Source of the DNA: a virus
Taxonomy: Duplodnaviria; Caudoviricetes
IMG/VR virus record: IMGVR_UViG_3300037781_000042
Coordinates: 96,001-160,000 of that record
Reading direction: 5' to 3' (one strand)
Length of the DNA: 64,000 nucleotides
How positions within the stretch are numbered: position 1 is the stretch's first letter; every line of letters begins with the position of its first letter. This document shows, piece after piece, positions 1-12,196 of the stretch. The notes below the pieces were generated by a model. That model did no database searches. It saw nothing but the letters and a program-made list of their open reading frames with translations, and was not told where the DNA came from. The translations under genes and the position numbers were made by a program.

Positions 1-421
1 ATACTTTGGCAAATTCATCAAATACTAAAACACATTCTCCTAATGAATTTATGACATTAAAAAAACTATCTCCAGAAAAGGCTTGAGTTATTAAAATAAC
101 AGGAAGATTTTTTTCTTCTAAAAAAACATTTGAAATTTTCTTAGCTAAAAGAGATTTACCAGTTCCTTTTAATCCTGTTAATAATATGCCCAAAGAAGAA
201 TCTCTAGATTCATAAGATTTACATATTCTATTTTCTCTGTCCTGTATTGGACCATAGAATTTTTCAGGAAGTTTAAATTTTTGATTTACTATTTTTAAAC
301 AAAACCCTGCTTGAGTTTCTATTATAGTATAAATAAGCGGTTTTAATTTTTTAGACGCGTTTGTAGGGTCTATTTTAGAAATATTTACTATGTCATTATC
401 ATAAATATATGTGATGTCCAA
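1..421 (-). CDS. AAA+ ATPase, N-terminal part (runs off the left edge of the window)
   Basis: Not in the ORF track. Hand translation from TTG at 421 is open to base 1 and reads ...GILLTGLKGTGKSLLAKK (Walker A) ... VLVFDEFAKV (Walker B). Confidence 0.85.
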   Translation of the reverse strand, partial: MDITYIYDNDIVNISKIDPTNASKKLKPLIYTIIETQAGFCLKIVNQKFKLPEKFYGPIQDRENRICKSYESRDSSLGILLTGLKGTGKSLLAKKISNVFLEEKNLPVILITQAFSGDSFFNVINSLGECVLVFDEFAKV

Positions 422-422
422 T

Positions 423-821
423 TTATGCTCCTTGTGATATTAAATATGTGATATAAAAAATAATATTTAGTACTAATGCTACATTGACAGAAATTTTAAT
501 TCTTTTTCCTGCATTTTCTTCTGGAATAAATTTCTTTACATGAGGTGTAATTTTATCTGTAGACATTATATAAAATGAAGATATTGCTAAAAAACATACT
601 CTCCAAATATAAAAATAATCTAATGGCAATTCAGATAAACTATAAAAACTATTTAAAATAATAACTGAACAAATCATAGCACTTGTAATTATAATTGATT
701 TTTTATATTTCTTATCTACCAGTAAAGTTCCAGCATAACCGCCAAAAATATAAGTTAAAGCGCTGCCCGTTCCTAATATAAAAATTATAAATGTTGATAT
801 TAGTATTGATATGAAATCCAT
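423..821 (-). CDS. Small multi-pass membrane protein
   Basis: 132 aa with about 4 hydrophobic segments; directly downstream of promoter-motif copy 1. Confidence 0.6.
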   Translation of the reverse strand: MDFISILISTFIIFILGTGSALTYIFGGYAGTLLVDKKYKKSIIITSAMICSVIILNSFYSLSELPLDYFYIWRVCFLAISSFYIMSTDKITPHVKKFIPEENAGKRIKISVNVALVLNIIFYITYLISQGA

Positions 822-882
822 TTTTCTCTCTAAAGTTAATTGAATATAGTGTAATATAAGAAAAAATTTTTAAATAAAAAAA
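822..882 (-). promoter_or_regulatory. Repeated early-promoter-like motif, copy 1
   Basis: Minus strand TTTTTTATTTAAAAATTTTTTCTTATATTACACTATATTCAATTAAC, lying between the stop at 883 and the ATG at 821. Confidence 0.7.
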
Positions 883-2062
883 TTATTTTACACTTTTAAG
901 TTTTTGAACAGTAAAATTATAGTCTCTAAAAAGTTCTGAAAGTCTTAGCATTGCATTCATAGCAATATTTTGATCTTCTATTTTAGTAGCTCTTTTTAAA
1001 TCTTCTGTAATAGGAGGATATGTAGAAGATCCTTTTTTCCACCATCCTATTTTCTTGTCATCTTTTAAAATCTTAATACAAAACTGTTTTTTCACGTCCA
1101 GTCTTCTCCTAGTCCTCTTTCTTCTAATCGTTTTCTTGTAGGTAAATAAGAAGTTGTATATGATCCGTTCCAGTCTATTCCATTTGTATAACTATCAAAC
1201 ATTTCGGTTTCTCTTTCAGGATCACATTCTTCAAAGTATTCTTCTCTTGAAGAAATTTCTAAATATTTTCCAGTTTCTAATTTTTCCATATTTATAGGAC
1301 GGGTAAATGTTATCCAAATTGATTTATAGGTTGTCGAATCTCCAATAGTAAAATCTAAACCTGCTGTAAGTCCTTTATAAATTGCTTGAACGCTTAATTG
1401 GGAAAGATAACTATCTCTATCTTGCCAATTTGAATGATGTACTACAGCATCTTCGCATATAGAAATTAGTTCTTCTCTCGTGTATTTTTTATTACTCATT
1501 TTCTAATCCTATTAAATAATCATTTCCTAATTCATTTTTTAAAGTTTCTTGTATTTTTAAATATTCTTGTTTTGTATCTTCCAGCATTCGTTTTTTATTT
1601 TCAATTATTTCTTTTAAAATATTCTTAAATTTTTCTTTATTTGTTTGAAAATAAAGTTTGCTTTTTCTTTCTTCTATTTTATTTAGAATTACAGTTTTTC
1701 TCCACTCTCTTTTTATTTCATTAAAAGTTTCTTCTGAAATTTCTATATCTTTTAATGGAGTAGCAAGTACATAAGAATAAATAGAATCTTTAAATGTATG
1801 ATAAAGATCTTGATTTAATATTTCATCATCTACTAATTTTTTAAGATCTCTTTTAGAAAGTTCAAAACTTTTTAGATCAATAAAAATAGAATATTTTTTT
1901 AAATAAAAAATTACACCATCTGAAAGCAAATGATAAATTCTATGTTTAGGTACAATCTTTTCATTTTCTTTGCTTATTATGTATGATACAATGTGATCTA
2001 TCTTTTTATAAAGATTCTCGAAGTCTTTCTTTTCCATATTTATTCCTCATTTGGATTATCTT

Positions 2063-3019
2063 CTAACATAGTTCTTCTCCGGTAGCATCAAGCGAATCGT
2101 TTGGCGCAAGTTGAGTATGTAAGGCTTTTATAGTATTTTCTAAAATATGCCATTTAATATAAATATTATGTGGAACAATATCTAATACTTCTCTTGTTAT
2201 GTCATCCCTAAAAGTATCATTAACTTTTTTAGGAAGTAAAATACTTATAGAAGGTCTTACTAAGATAGTATGAGAAGTATAATAAACATCAACTACACCA
2301 TATTTTTTTAATTCTATTTGTAGTTGTTTATTCAGGTCTTCTTCTAATTTACTATTTTTATCTTCTATGACATCTTTCTTTTCTTCAATAGAAGACTTTC
2401 TTTTTTCATATTCTTCTTTAGAAATTTCTTTTCCTTTATAAGTATACGTTACTTGTAAATCATCCTTTGTGTTTTTATTGTTCAACGCTCCCATTTGATT
2501 GTGTTCTTTTTCTGCTCTTTTAAAAGCTTCATACATTTCTTCAAAACTATATGAACAATCTTTTTTAAAAATACTAAAAGATCCAACACTTCCAATTTTA
2601 GGCATTTCTTTTGAACTTAGTCCCGTTTTCAAAAAATCTACTCCAGAAAAAGATACTTCTGATGAATCGTTTGATGGATGATTATAAACAAAAGAAGAAT
2701 CTATTTGATGAACATCTACTCCCATAGATACTACCGTTTCCCAAACTGTTAAAGAATAGTAAGGAGTTTTTATATTGAACTCTAATTTAGGTTTATCTTC
2801 TAATGCAGTTAAAATCTTATTTGCTGTATCTAAACTTATTTTTAAAGCTCCATTCGTTCGATGATTAAAGGGTTTAACCAATCCTCCGTCAATATTTTCT
2901 GGAAAATTTTTAGATGAATTAATCCATATAAGTATACCTGTTTCAGTATCATATTTTAATTGTATTTTAATGTTTCCATATTTTATAGAAACTAAGCTAT
3001 CTTTAATATCATTTCTCAT
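2063..3019 (-). CDS. Hypothetical protein, local paralog family A (W-x-I-x-I-x-YDE-x5-W N-domain plus second domain)
   Basis: IKIQLKYDTETGILIW and YSFEEMYEAFKRAEKE align by eye with the ORFs at 12197 and 15930. Confidence 0.65.
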   Translation of the reverse strand: MRNDIKDSLVSIKYGNIKIQLKYDTETGILIWINSSKNFPENIDGGLVKPFNHRTNGALKISLDTANKILTALEDKPKLEFNIKTPYYSLTVWETVVSMGVDVHQIDSSFVYNHPSNDSSEVSFSGVDFLKTGLSSKEMPKIGSVGSFSIFKKDCSYSFEEMYEAFKRAEKEHNQMGALNNKNTKDDLQVTYTYKGKEISKEEYEKRKSSIEEKKDVIEDKNSKLEEDLNKQLQIELKKYGVVDVYYTSHTILVRPSISILLPKKVNDTFRDDITREVLDIVPHNIYIKWHILENTIKALHTQLAPNDSLDATGEELC

Positions 3020-3031
3020 TTAATTTTCTCC

Positions 3032-3568
3032 TTATTTGTATACGTAAATATTCTTTTCTTCCTGTATACTTTTTAATGTAATAACATTTGTTTTAGTTCG
3101 GTTATTATATGCATTTTCCCAACATTTATATTTTTGTAAAATTTGAATTAATTCTGATACTCCATATTCAAACAAATGAGGAAATTTATCCAAGTATGCA
3201 TTTATAAAATTTTTAATTTCTTCTGGAACATCTGGATCATCTATATCTTCTTCTGTTATTTCAGAAGATTCAAGAACTTTAAATAAAAGTATAGTTGTTT
3301 TATGATCGTCTATTTTAAATTGTCTTTTAAAATAATCTTCTTTTAATGCTTCATGGATTTCTTCTTCCTTTGGTCCTAAAGGATAAGCTTTCCATTCAAA
3401 TGAATTAATAAAAATTTTTTCTTCTTTAATTAATGAAGTAGCTAAAACATAAACCTGAAAAAACAATTGTATAATTTTTAATCTACTATAATCATTATCT
3501 TCTTTTATAAATCCTTTTAAATATAGTTTTAAAACAAAGTACCTAAATATTTTAAATTTAATTTTCAT
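3032..3568 (-). CDS. Panacea/DUF4065 (SocA/GepA-like) antitoxin-domain protein
   Basis: FEWKAYPLGPKEEEIH resembles the family F-x-AW-x-YGPV motif. SELIQILQKYKCWENAYNNRTKTNVITLKSI resembles the EL-x3-TH-x4-W-x2-A...I-x4-I C-terminal motif. Confidence 0.6.
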   Translation of the reverse strand: MKIKFKIFRYFVLKLYLKGFIKEDNDYSRLKIIQLFFQVYVLATSLIKEEKIFINSFEWKAYPLGPKEEEIHEALKEDYFKRQFKIDDHKTTILLFKVLESSEITEEDIDDPDVPEEIKNFINAYLDKFPHLFEYGVSELIQILQKYKCWENAYNNRTKTNVITLKSIQEEKNIYVYK

Positions 3569-4136
3569 TTGACATAAATCTATTTACCATAATCCAAAAA
3601 ATAAGAATATAAGACATGTCTCCTTTAGAATACAAAGGAATATTTTCTTGTATCTGAGAATATATTTCATTACATTCTTCTTCATAATTTTCTTCTAATT
3701 CATTTCTTAAAGAATAAAAAGTATGATTGTAATTATAAGGAGTAGGGTAGTGATCAAATTTATTTTTAAAATTATATTGTTTGTACTGATCTTCTAAAAA
3801 GGAAACCAACATTTTAATTTTTTCTTCTATAGAGACAGACGAATCTAAAAGAAGTAAATAATTTTCAGGAAATCTAGAAGAAATTATATTTTCAATTTCT
3901 TCTTCAACTTTAAAATGAATTAAAGTATATTTTTCCATTGGCATTTTTATTGCTTCTTTTACTTTAAAAACATCTTTTAAATAAGTAGCAAACTTTTCCA
4001 AAACAACCTCTTTTAATTTTGAATCCATTCTATTTATAAATTCTCTTTTCTCTTTTTCAGATGTATCGTACATATCTCTCCATAAATCTGTTTCTCGAAC
4101 ATCTGATTTCATACAAACAAATTCTGTTTGTTTCAT
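3558..4136 (-). CDS. Hypothetical protein, family B C-terminal module only
   Basis: IENIISSRFPENYLLLL motif shared with the ORFs at 4919, 7101, 8747 and 20777. Confidence 0.5.
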   Translation of the reverse strand: MKQTEFVCMKSDVRETDLWRDMYDTSEKEKREFINRMDSKLKEVVLEKFATYLKDVFKVKEAIKMPMEKYTLIHFKVEEEIENIISSRFPENYLLLLDSSVSIEEKIKMLVSFLEDQYKQYNFKNKFDHYPTPYNYNHTFYSLRNELEENYEEECNEIYSQIQENIPLYSKGDMSYILIFWIMVNRFMSNEN

Positions 4137-4918
4137 TTTAGTACCTTAAATATTTTATACTTTTTAATTCTAGTAGAAGATTATTTTTATGAGATTTTAA
4201 TTTATCTTCTTCTTCCTCATATTGTTTATATCTTTTATTTGCATAAGTATGTGTATGTTTTCTTTCTTCTTTAGAACCTAACAAATATGCCATTCCAAAA
4301 ATTGCGAGATCTTCTTGAAGATCTTCAATCTTTTTATCTGTCTCCTTTATTTCTTTTTTAAGAAATCTTCTTTTTAATATTTTTTGAAGTAAATTCATTT
4401 TTTTAATCTCCTACAAATTTCTTCAAATGCATCAAATACATATAAAAGACGAGAAATGATTTTCCTTATATGAGGAACATCATCATAGTCAATAGACTTT
4501 GGTAATTTTTCAATTAAATGTACTATATAATAACCATCATAAGGTTCATCTACATAGCTTTTGATGTCTTCAAAATATTCTTTTTCTTCTTCTGTTAAAT
4601 CAGGATTTTTTAATTTTTCATCTATTTCTTTTATTGTTTCTTCAGGATCAAATTCTTCTGGTTCTTGGCAAGAATTCATTGTTAATTTTTCTAACCAATA
4701 GTCATCACTTACTCTTCCTTCTGGGTTTGGATAAAAAGATTTGCAAAAAATATAATTTCCGTAAGATCCTGTTACAACTAAAACATCATCAAAATTAGTA
4801 AATTTTATGTTTTGAGAAGTAGTATCAGATTTCTTTAAATGATGAATTATTATGTCCTCAGTCTTTTTAATAATTAAGTCATGTTTGCTCCAGTCTAAGT
4901 TTTTTCTTGATTCTGGTT

Positions 4919-5617
4919 TCATTCCATTTTCTCCCAAACAAAAGATCTTTTGATCATTTTTTCTATTATTTTTCTATTTTCTTGTTCTATGTTCCATCCT
5001 ACAGAATGATGAAAACTTTTATCTTTAAGATATTTTTTATTTCTAATATTCATAAATAATATAAAAGTTTTATTTAAGTTTTTATCATCTAATAATGATT
5101 CTATTAAAGTATTAAATTTGTTTTCATCTTCCATTTGATCTAATAATAAATAGATACTAGGAAAATTTTCACTTATTACATTATTTACTATTACTTCCAT
5201 TTCTAAGAAATTTTCTTCTTTTAAAATATCTTCATCTATTTGTAAACATTCCGTAAACTCTATTTCATTTTCTTTATATTGTTGTTCATTTTCTAACTGT
5301 TCTTGCTTTTCTTCAGCTCTGTTCTTTTTAAAATTCCACCATTTAAATTTTAAATAATCTATAAATGTAAATAAAACAGGAACTCTATCTATTTCTGGAT
5401 AGTCCCTAAAATCCCAACTTCTTATTTTTTTCGGATTCTGTTTATAAATTTCTAAAAATTTTTTAAAAGTAAGCTTATAATATTTTTCTTCTAAAATACT
5501 TTCTTTCGAATCTCTAAAGCCTACTATTAACTCTACTGTTCCAAAAATACTAAAAATAATTACAGTAGCTCCTGCTATTAATGATAAAAATAATAATACA
5601 TCTAAGAAAATATCCAT
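4919..5617 (-). CDS. N-terminally membrane-anchored protein, family B
   Basis: N-terminal TM helix, KYYKLTFKKF, VLFTFIDYLKFKWW and IVNNVISENFPSIYLLL. Confidence 0.65.
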   Translation of the reverse strand: MDIFLDVLLFLSLIAGATVIIFSIFGTVELIVGFRDSKESILEEKYYKLTFKKFLEIYKQNPKKIRSWDFRDYPEIDRVPVLFTFIDYLKFKWWNFKKNRAEEKQEQLENEQQYKENEIEFTECLQIDEDILKEENFLEMEVIVNNVISENFPSIYLLLDQMEDENKFNTLIESLLDDKNLNKTFILFMNIRNKKYLKDKSFHHSVGWNIEQENRKIIEKMIKRSFVWEKME

Positions 5618-6221
5618 ATTTAATCCCCTAATCTGATTGTTGAATTTATAGGATCTTCACATTTTTTATATCCAAGTTCAAGTAAATCTTCTTGTAATCT
5701 ATAAAAAAGATCGTGTTCGTCCATTCCTTTATTTCTATATTTAATAATCAACTGATTGCTATCTCTTTCGAATCTAGTAGTATCCATATCTTCTTTAGTA
5801 CTTTCAAAAAAGCATTCTAACCAACAGCATCTTGATTTATATTCTAATTTAAAAATATTCATCTTTTACCCAAATACTTTTTTCTATATTCTCTTAATTC
5901 TTTAACTTTAATTTTAGGGTCTTTCATTTTTTCTAAATGCTTTTTCTTTGGTGCTTTAATATACATCTTTTAATTCTAAATTTTTAATTTCTAAACATCT
6001 TCTAAGTTCTGCTAATATTTCAATTATATCTTTTCTGAATTCTTTTTCAAAGTAACCCGAAATTTGAAAATCTATTACTTTACAATTTAAGTTTTTTAAA
6101 GTAAGTATTTTATTTTCTTTTAAAGAATCTATAAATGAATTTACTTCTAATTTTATTTGATCTTTTTGGACTTCAGTATTTTTTAAAATTTTTAAAGTAA
6201 ATTCATCTATAGTTGTAGTAA

Positions 6222-6401
6222 TCATTTAAGTAAACCATAAATTATGTAAATTATAACCATTGCTAGAAGAATATAAAATAAAACTATAAAAAATCTATGA
6301 ACTTTATTTTCTTCTGTTTGTGTAAGATCTTCACTTGATCCTTTAATTAATTTAAAACCGTCTTGTCCAAATCCTAAAAACAATAATATATTTCTAATCA
6401 A
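6222..6401 (-). CDS. Small membrane protein (59 aa, TTG start), not in the ORF track
   Basis: Hand translation MIRNILLFLGFGQDGF...FFIVLFYILLAMVIIYIIYGLLK*; its TGA overlaps the next ATG. Confidence 0.5.
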   Translation of the reverse strand: MIRNILLFLGFGQDGFKLIKGSSEDLTQTEENKVHRFFIVLFYILLAMVIIYIIYGLLK

Positions 6402-7100
6402 ATATTGCCTTTTAGTTGTTAATAATCATGTCTTTTACTTCTTTAAATCCGTTATTCCAATATGGAATAAAACGAAGCCAAAGAAGAACTGATATTATAA
6501 GAGATATAATATTTGAAACAAAATTATCTCCTATAAACATTGCTAGTATATTTGATGTAAGTACAAATATTAAAAACAATGACACTGTATAAACTATACC
6601 ATATAGTAAATACATTTTTTGTTTATTCTTCATTTTCTTCTCCTTTAATAGGTAAAAAAGTTAATTTTAAAGCTTTCCAATAAGTAAATGTTTTATAGTC
6701 TTCTTTTAAAGATACTTTGAAATATCCTAAATCAAAACATCCTTCTACTATTTCATCTTTAAATGCCTTAATTGTTTGATTAGATGTTTTAAGTAATTCT
6801 ATTGCTGTTTTATATTGCTTGTATAAATCGTAAAAAATTCCAATAAAAATTAATGATATAGTCGTAAGTCCGATTACGAGAGCTAGAGTTTCTATTTTCA
6901 TTTGCTTTCCATTTCCTCTTTTATTAAATGCAATGCTAATACAAGTCCTTCAGATCTTCCCAAAGATTGAGATTTATCTGTAAAATATGATATTGAATGT
7001 TTTTCATAATTTTCTTCTTTTATCAAATCTCTTTCTTGTCTTTCTTTTTGAATTCTATTAGTTACTTCTTTATAAAGTCTTTCTAATTTTTCTGTTTGGC

Positions 7101-7730
7101 TCATGATATAGTTTCCTTTTTAATAAACATTTGTTTCATTATTTGACGTAAAAGTACTTTAGTAGTTTTAGTAGGTCTAAGACTTCCGCTTGAATGACAT
7201 TTACTTACAAAATCTTTATTAGAAATTAAATTTTCTATTAACTCTTCTTTATTTGTACAATTATCATCTATTAATGCTAAATATAATTCCGGATCATATT
7301 CACTTAATATAAAATTTAAAGATTCTGAAATTTCATCTATACTATCTTTTGATATATCTTTAATATCAAGATTGTATTCTTTTTTCGGTTTTGCTTTTTT
7401 AATCTTATTGCTTTCTTCAACTTCTTTTTGGTTTCTTCTTTTTTCGAACATGTTCCATATTCTAAATTTAATACGTTCAAAATAATTTGTAAATACTACC
7501 GGGTAACCTCCTAGTTCTGGATATATTAAAGTATTGCTTGTATAATATTCAACTTTATATTCTTCTGCTTCTTTTTTAAATTCTTTAAATGTAAAGCTAT
7601 GATATTTTCTCATAGTCAACCATTTTTTATGGTCAAGATAAAAAGGAAGTGTTACAATTAACCACAAGAAAAACATTATTATTATAGCAATAGTTCCTAT
7701 AGTTAAAATAGCTGCAAAAATTTCATTCAT
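7101..7730 (-). CDS. N-terminally membrane-anchored protein, family B
   Basis: TM helix, RKYHSFTFKEF, PVVFTNYFERIKFRIW and LNFILSEYDPELYLAL. Confidence 0.65.
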   Translation of the reverse strand: MNEIFAAILTIGTIAIIIMFFLWLIVTLPFYLDHKKWLTMRKYHSFTFKEFKKEAEEYKVEYYTSNTLIYPELGGYPVVFTNYFERIKFRIWNMFEKRRNQKEVEESNKIKKAKPKKEYNLDIKDISKDSIDEISESLNFILSEYDPELYLALIDDNCTNKEELIENLISNKDFVSKCHSSGSLRPTKTTKVLLRQIMKQMFIKKETIS

Positions 7731-8402
7731 TTAAATTATCTCCTTTTAATCTTAATTAAATCTTTTTTAAATGGAGTAGGATTATCAAAAAAGATAATTG
7801 AATATTCTTGTAAAGGCTTCCAATGATCTCCATATCTTAAATCTTTACATTTGTATTTTCCAAAGCCTTTATATAATTCTATTCCTTTAAGATCTTTTAC
7901 TTCATCTAATACTTCTTCATAAGAAACAAAATCTTTACAGATGTCTTTTTCTATTTCTTTTAAATTATCACATATTTCTTCAAAAGAAATATTAGTTTTT
8001 TCTAAAGAAATTGTGCTTTCTGCGCTAAGCATTCCAAATGTAGGAAAATTAGTAGTGTATAATTGAGTAGGCCTTACATAATCTATTAGACATTTTTCAG
8101 AAACTTTATATTTAAAATCAACTTTCATTTGTAACCCCAAAGAAGTCATTATCAAAAGTTTGACTTTTTATTACTCTATCATTTTCTTTAACTTTTTCTT
8201 TAATAAAATCTACAAAAGAAAACCAATTTTCTGTGGCAACACACGGTCGTGAACCATCTCTCAAAACAGATACAATATCTGCTGCTTTTGCAGAATTATT
8301 AAGTTTCTTTTTCCATTCAGATCCATACAAAATACCAAATGCTTCAGCTAAAGTATCAGTATCTAGATGTGTTGCTTCATATAATAATTTTTTGTTATCC
8401 AT

Positions 8403-8467
8403 TGTATTTTTCTCTAAGTGTTAATTGAATATGATGTAATATAAGAAAAATTTTTTAAATAAAAAAA
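8403..8467 (-). promoter_or_regulatory. Repeated early-promoter-like motif, copy 2
   Basis: Minus strand TTTTTTTATTTAAAAAATTTTTCTTATATTACATCATATTCAATTAACAC. Confidence 0.7.
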
Positions 8468-8473
8468 TATTTT

Positions 8474-8743
8474 TTAAAGTCCTAGGTTAATTGACTCTTC
8501 AGCATAGTTAATAAATTTATCATAGAATTGTTTTTCTATTTTTAGAGATCCAATTTCTCCCTTCTTTAATTCTTTTGACATCTCCCTAGAAATTAAACCT
8601 ATTTCATTTGAATGAACACATATAAAATTTTTAAATGTCTTATTATCTTTCCAATGAATTTGTTGTAACTTATCGTCGTATTTAATTTCTAGTGACCAAT
8701 TTTTTCCTTCTAATTTTTTAAAATCCATAATTAACATATCCAA
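8474..8743 (-). CDS. Hypothetical protein, family A N-domain only
   Basis: GKNWSLEIKYDDKLQQIHW. Confidence 0.55.
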   Translation of the reverse strand: MDMLIMDFKKLEGKNWSLEIKYDDKLQQIHWKDNKTFKNFICVHSNEIGLISREMSKELKKGEIGSLKIEKQFYDKFINYAEESINLGL

Positions 8744-8746
8744 AAA

Positions 8747-9439
8747 TTATAAAAAGGTTTTTTCTAAAAGTTGTTTTACTTTATGAATATTTTTTTGTTT
8801 TGAATTTTCATTCCTACTATTTTTAATTTCAAAATTTTTAAATACTTTATTTTTAGTAAGGTGATCAAAAAGATCATTTTTTATAATAGTATCAAATACT
8901 AATTCTTTTTCTTTTTTTGATAAATTTTGATTTAATTCTAAATATTCTGTTGGATAATGATTACTGATTATAGAATTAAGAATTTTTTCTATCATTAAAA
9001 AATTATCTTCATTTAAAATTTCTTCACTCCAAGTGTTTGGATATTCTTTTTTATTTATTTGTCTATTTATTTTACTTTCTCTAACAGATAAAATTCTATT
9101 ACTTTCTGAAAGGATGTTTTGTTTGAATTTCCAAATTTTAAACATTGCATAACTAATAATACTGTTAAATAGTATTAATCTATGTTTATAATGTACAAAA
9201 TTATAATAATCAGTGAGTGTATAATCTGGGTTAATGTCTTCTTCTGTTGTTATATCATCAGGATTACTTTTATAAATATTTATAAATTCTCTATAAGTAA
9301 ATTTATAGTATTTTTTATAAGTAACCCAATCTTTATGATGTAAATACTCTTTAATTAATTTGTATGATATAGAAAATAAAAGGTAGCTCCAGATACAAAT
9401 TGTAAAAGTTAATAATATGAAATGATAATTGAATTTCAT
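8747..9439 (-). CDS. N-terminally membrane-anchored protein, family B
   Basis: TM helix, KKYYKFTYREF, ILFNSIISYAMFKIW and IEKILNSIISNHYPTEYLEL. Confidence 0.65.
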   Translation of the reverse strand: MKFNYHFILLTFTICIWSYLLFSISYKLIKEYLHHKDWVTYKKYYKFTYREFINIYKSNPDDITTEEDINPDYTLTDYYNFVHYKHRLILFNSIISYAMFKIWKFKQNILSESNRILSVRESKINRQINKKEYPNTWSEEILNEDNFLMIEKILNSIISNHYPTEYLELNQNLSKKEKELVFDTIIKNDLFDHLTKNKVFKNFEIKNSRNENSKQKNIHKVKQLLEKTFL

Positions 9440-12196
9440 TTTATTTTTCTTTTATTTCATTTAAAGATTTATTTGAAGATTCTACTTCCCACGGGCCACC
9501 CGCTATTAAATAAAATTCACCATATTGTATTAGTCTATTAAATTCTTTTTCTTGATCTTTTCCTTTAATAGAATTATAATGAAGTGGTAGAAGATAGCAT
9601 GCAATTTCATTATTATGATATTTTTCATATTTATCAATATCTGTATAATCTTGTGCGGACAATTCATTTATTCCACGTGTAACATAACTTTCATAGGCAT
9701 GTTCTATACGTGAGTTATATTTAATAGGAGCAAAAACGTATTTATTAACCAAATTAAATTTATCTTTTTTTCTTTCTTCTTCTACTTTAAAATTTCCTTC
9801 TTTAAAAATTTTATCAATTTCTTTTTTATCATAGTTATAATCATCGTAGTGGTCATAGTCACCCAGTAAAAAAGATTTTAAAGATAATGAATAAACTAAA
9901 TCATCATAAGGGATTTTTAATTTTGAAATTTTATCTATTTCTAAAGATGGCACTTCTTGGGTATATCTTGCAGATTTATAAAGCCCTAAAAAATATTTGT
10001 TAGATAATTCTGTTAATTTTCTATGAGTAATTATTTTATTTTCGGGACATTTTTCTTTAAAATATTTTAATCCTTCTATCATTATCAAATTTTGTTCTAT
10101 TGTATATTTTTTATTTCTTAAATCGATTAATTCTTCATAATTAAAACTGTCCAAAAAATCATATTTTTTTAATTGATCTAACTTCTTTGATTCATCACCA
10201 GCAGATAATTTTTCTAATTCTTTTTTAAGTTCTTCTTCTTTTGAAATTTCAGAATCCTGATATTCTAATATTTCAGAAGTAATTTCTTTCCTTACATCTT
10301 GTTTAATTATAGATTTTTCTTCTTGTATTTTATTTTTTTCTAAAGTAGTTTTTTCTTCAGCACCTCTTTTTCTACACGATAAACCAAACATCTCTATTCT
10401 CCTATTTTTAAAGGTTTTATATCAGGAAAATTTTCTTCGAACATAGAATTAAATAACTCTTTTCCCTTATCATCAAACTTTAACATTTCAAATAATTCAT
10501 TAAATTTTTCTTTAGTAATTTTATTTCTTTCTTTTACTATACTGGGAGTAATTGTAGTTTTTCCCGGAAGCCAATTAGATTCTATGATTACTCCTTCCCA
10601 TACAATAAAGCTCCATGCTCTTTTTTCTATTACAGGAAACATTTTATCTTTAAATACTTTTCCTAAAGATAGTAAAGTTATTCGAACTTTTTTAATGTCG
10701 TCTTCTTTCATAGAAAAATAATATGTATTTTCAACTTCTTTTAAATCTTGAAAATATTCTTTATATTTATATTCATTTATTCTATCCTGTAAAATAGAAG
10801 TATTATAATTATAAACATCCATAAATTTATCTTTTTGATCCTTTAAAAATTTTGAATTTTCTTCTAAATCATTTAAAGACATTTTATCAATATACTTTTT
10901 TATTTCTTCTTCTGTGTATTTTTCCATTACTCTATTTCCTCTGATTCTCTATGTTTTAAAGCAATATCACTTAATTCGTTTTTAATTTTTCGTAATCGTT
11001 TTTCATTAAAGCTTTTAAATTTACTATCTCTTATATGCTTCTTTTGATATGAAAGATTTTTACAAATATGCGTGTCATGTTGTATTAATTTAACTTCAAT
11101 ATAAAAAGAATCTTCTGAATCAAATTTAGTAATTTCTACATCTTCAAAATCTACTTCTATGCTTCTAGTTTCTTTCATTTCATTTCTCTATCGTATTTAT
11201 GAGTTAATGTTTTAAGAGGATCTATTCCTCCATAATCTTTTAATATTTTATCTACTAAAGAAACTGGAACATGTCCGTAGACTGTTTCTGTAGGATATTC
11301 TGGATCTTCTGCATATTCCATCAATTCTGGAATTTTTATACTTGGATAGCCTATTTCAACTTGAGTATAAAAATCAGCAGCATCTCTCCTAGGATCACAA
11401 TAATGTCCCCAGCTTGCTTGTACACTTAAATTAAGATCGTCAATACAATAAATTCTTGTTTTCATTTGTACAATATCAGAAATATTATATTCTTTATCTT
11501 TTATAAATTCGTTAATTGTCATTATCATCCTTCTTGTTTGTAAATAATTCTATTTCTAAATGAACATATTTATCTATGTTTGAAGATAAAATATTTATTA
11601 ATGAATGACCACCTATTTTAAATTCTTCTTTAGTATACATATAACCAGTTAATTCACTTCCATAAATAGGAACATGTGTTACTTTTGGAGATCCAAAAAT
11701 ATAATTCAAATAATCAAGTTGAATAGTTTCAGGATCTATCTCTTCTTCAGAAATATAATATTTTACGTTAGCATACTTATATTTCCACCCTATTTTTTCT
11801 TCCATTTCTTCAGAAAGAATTACTGTTGAAGTTTCTTCTAAATCTTTTCCTGAAACGGTTTTAGTTCTAGTAGTTGAAATAATTTCAACACATCTATTTT
11901 TTTCTATCTTTCCGTTAAATACTATTAATTTATATTCTTCACCAGTCATGATTTATTTTTATTTATAAATTTTCAAATTTTTTAATTATTGGTTCTATTA
12001 GTTTTCTTTGTTGAATCAATATCTTTTTTTCAACATCACCTAATTCTTGGGTTTCAACATCTGTTACCAGTCTATTATTAATATCATCATATTGATAGAT
12101 AAGAGCATTTTCTATTATGGATGTTTCTAGGTCAGTTAATTCTACTTTTTTAGTCATTTTTTCTTTCCTTTATTACTTCTATTACTTCAGATGTTT

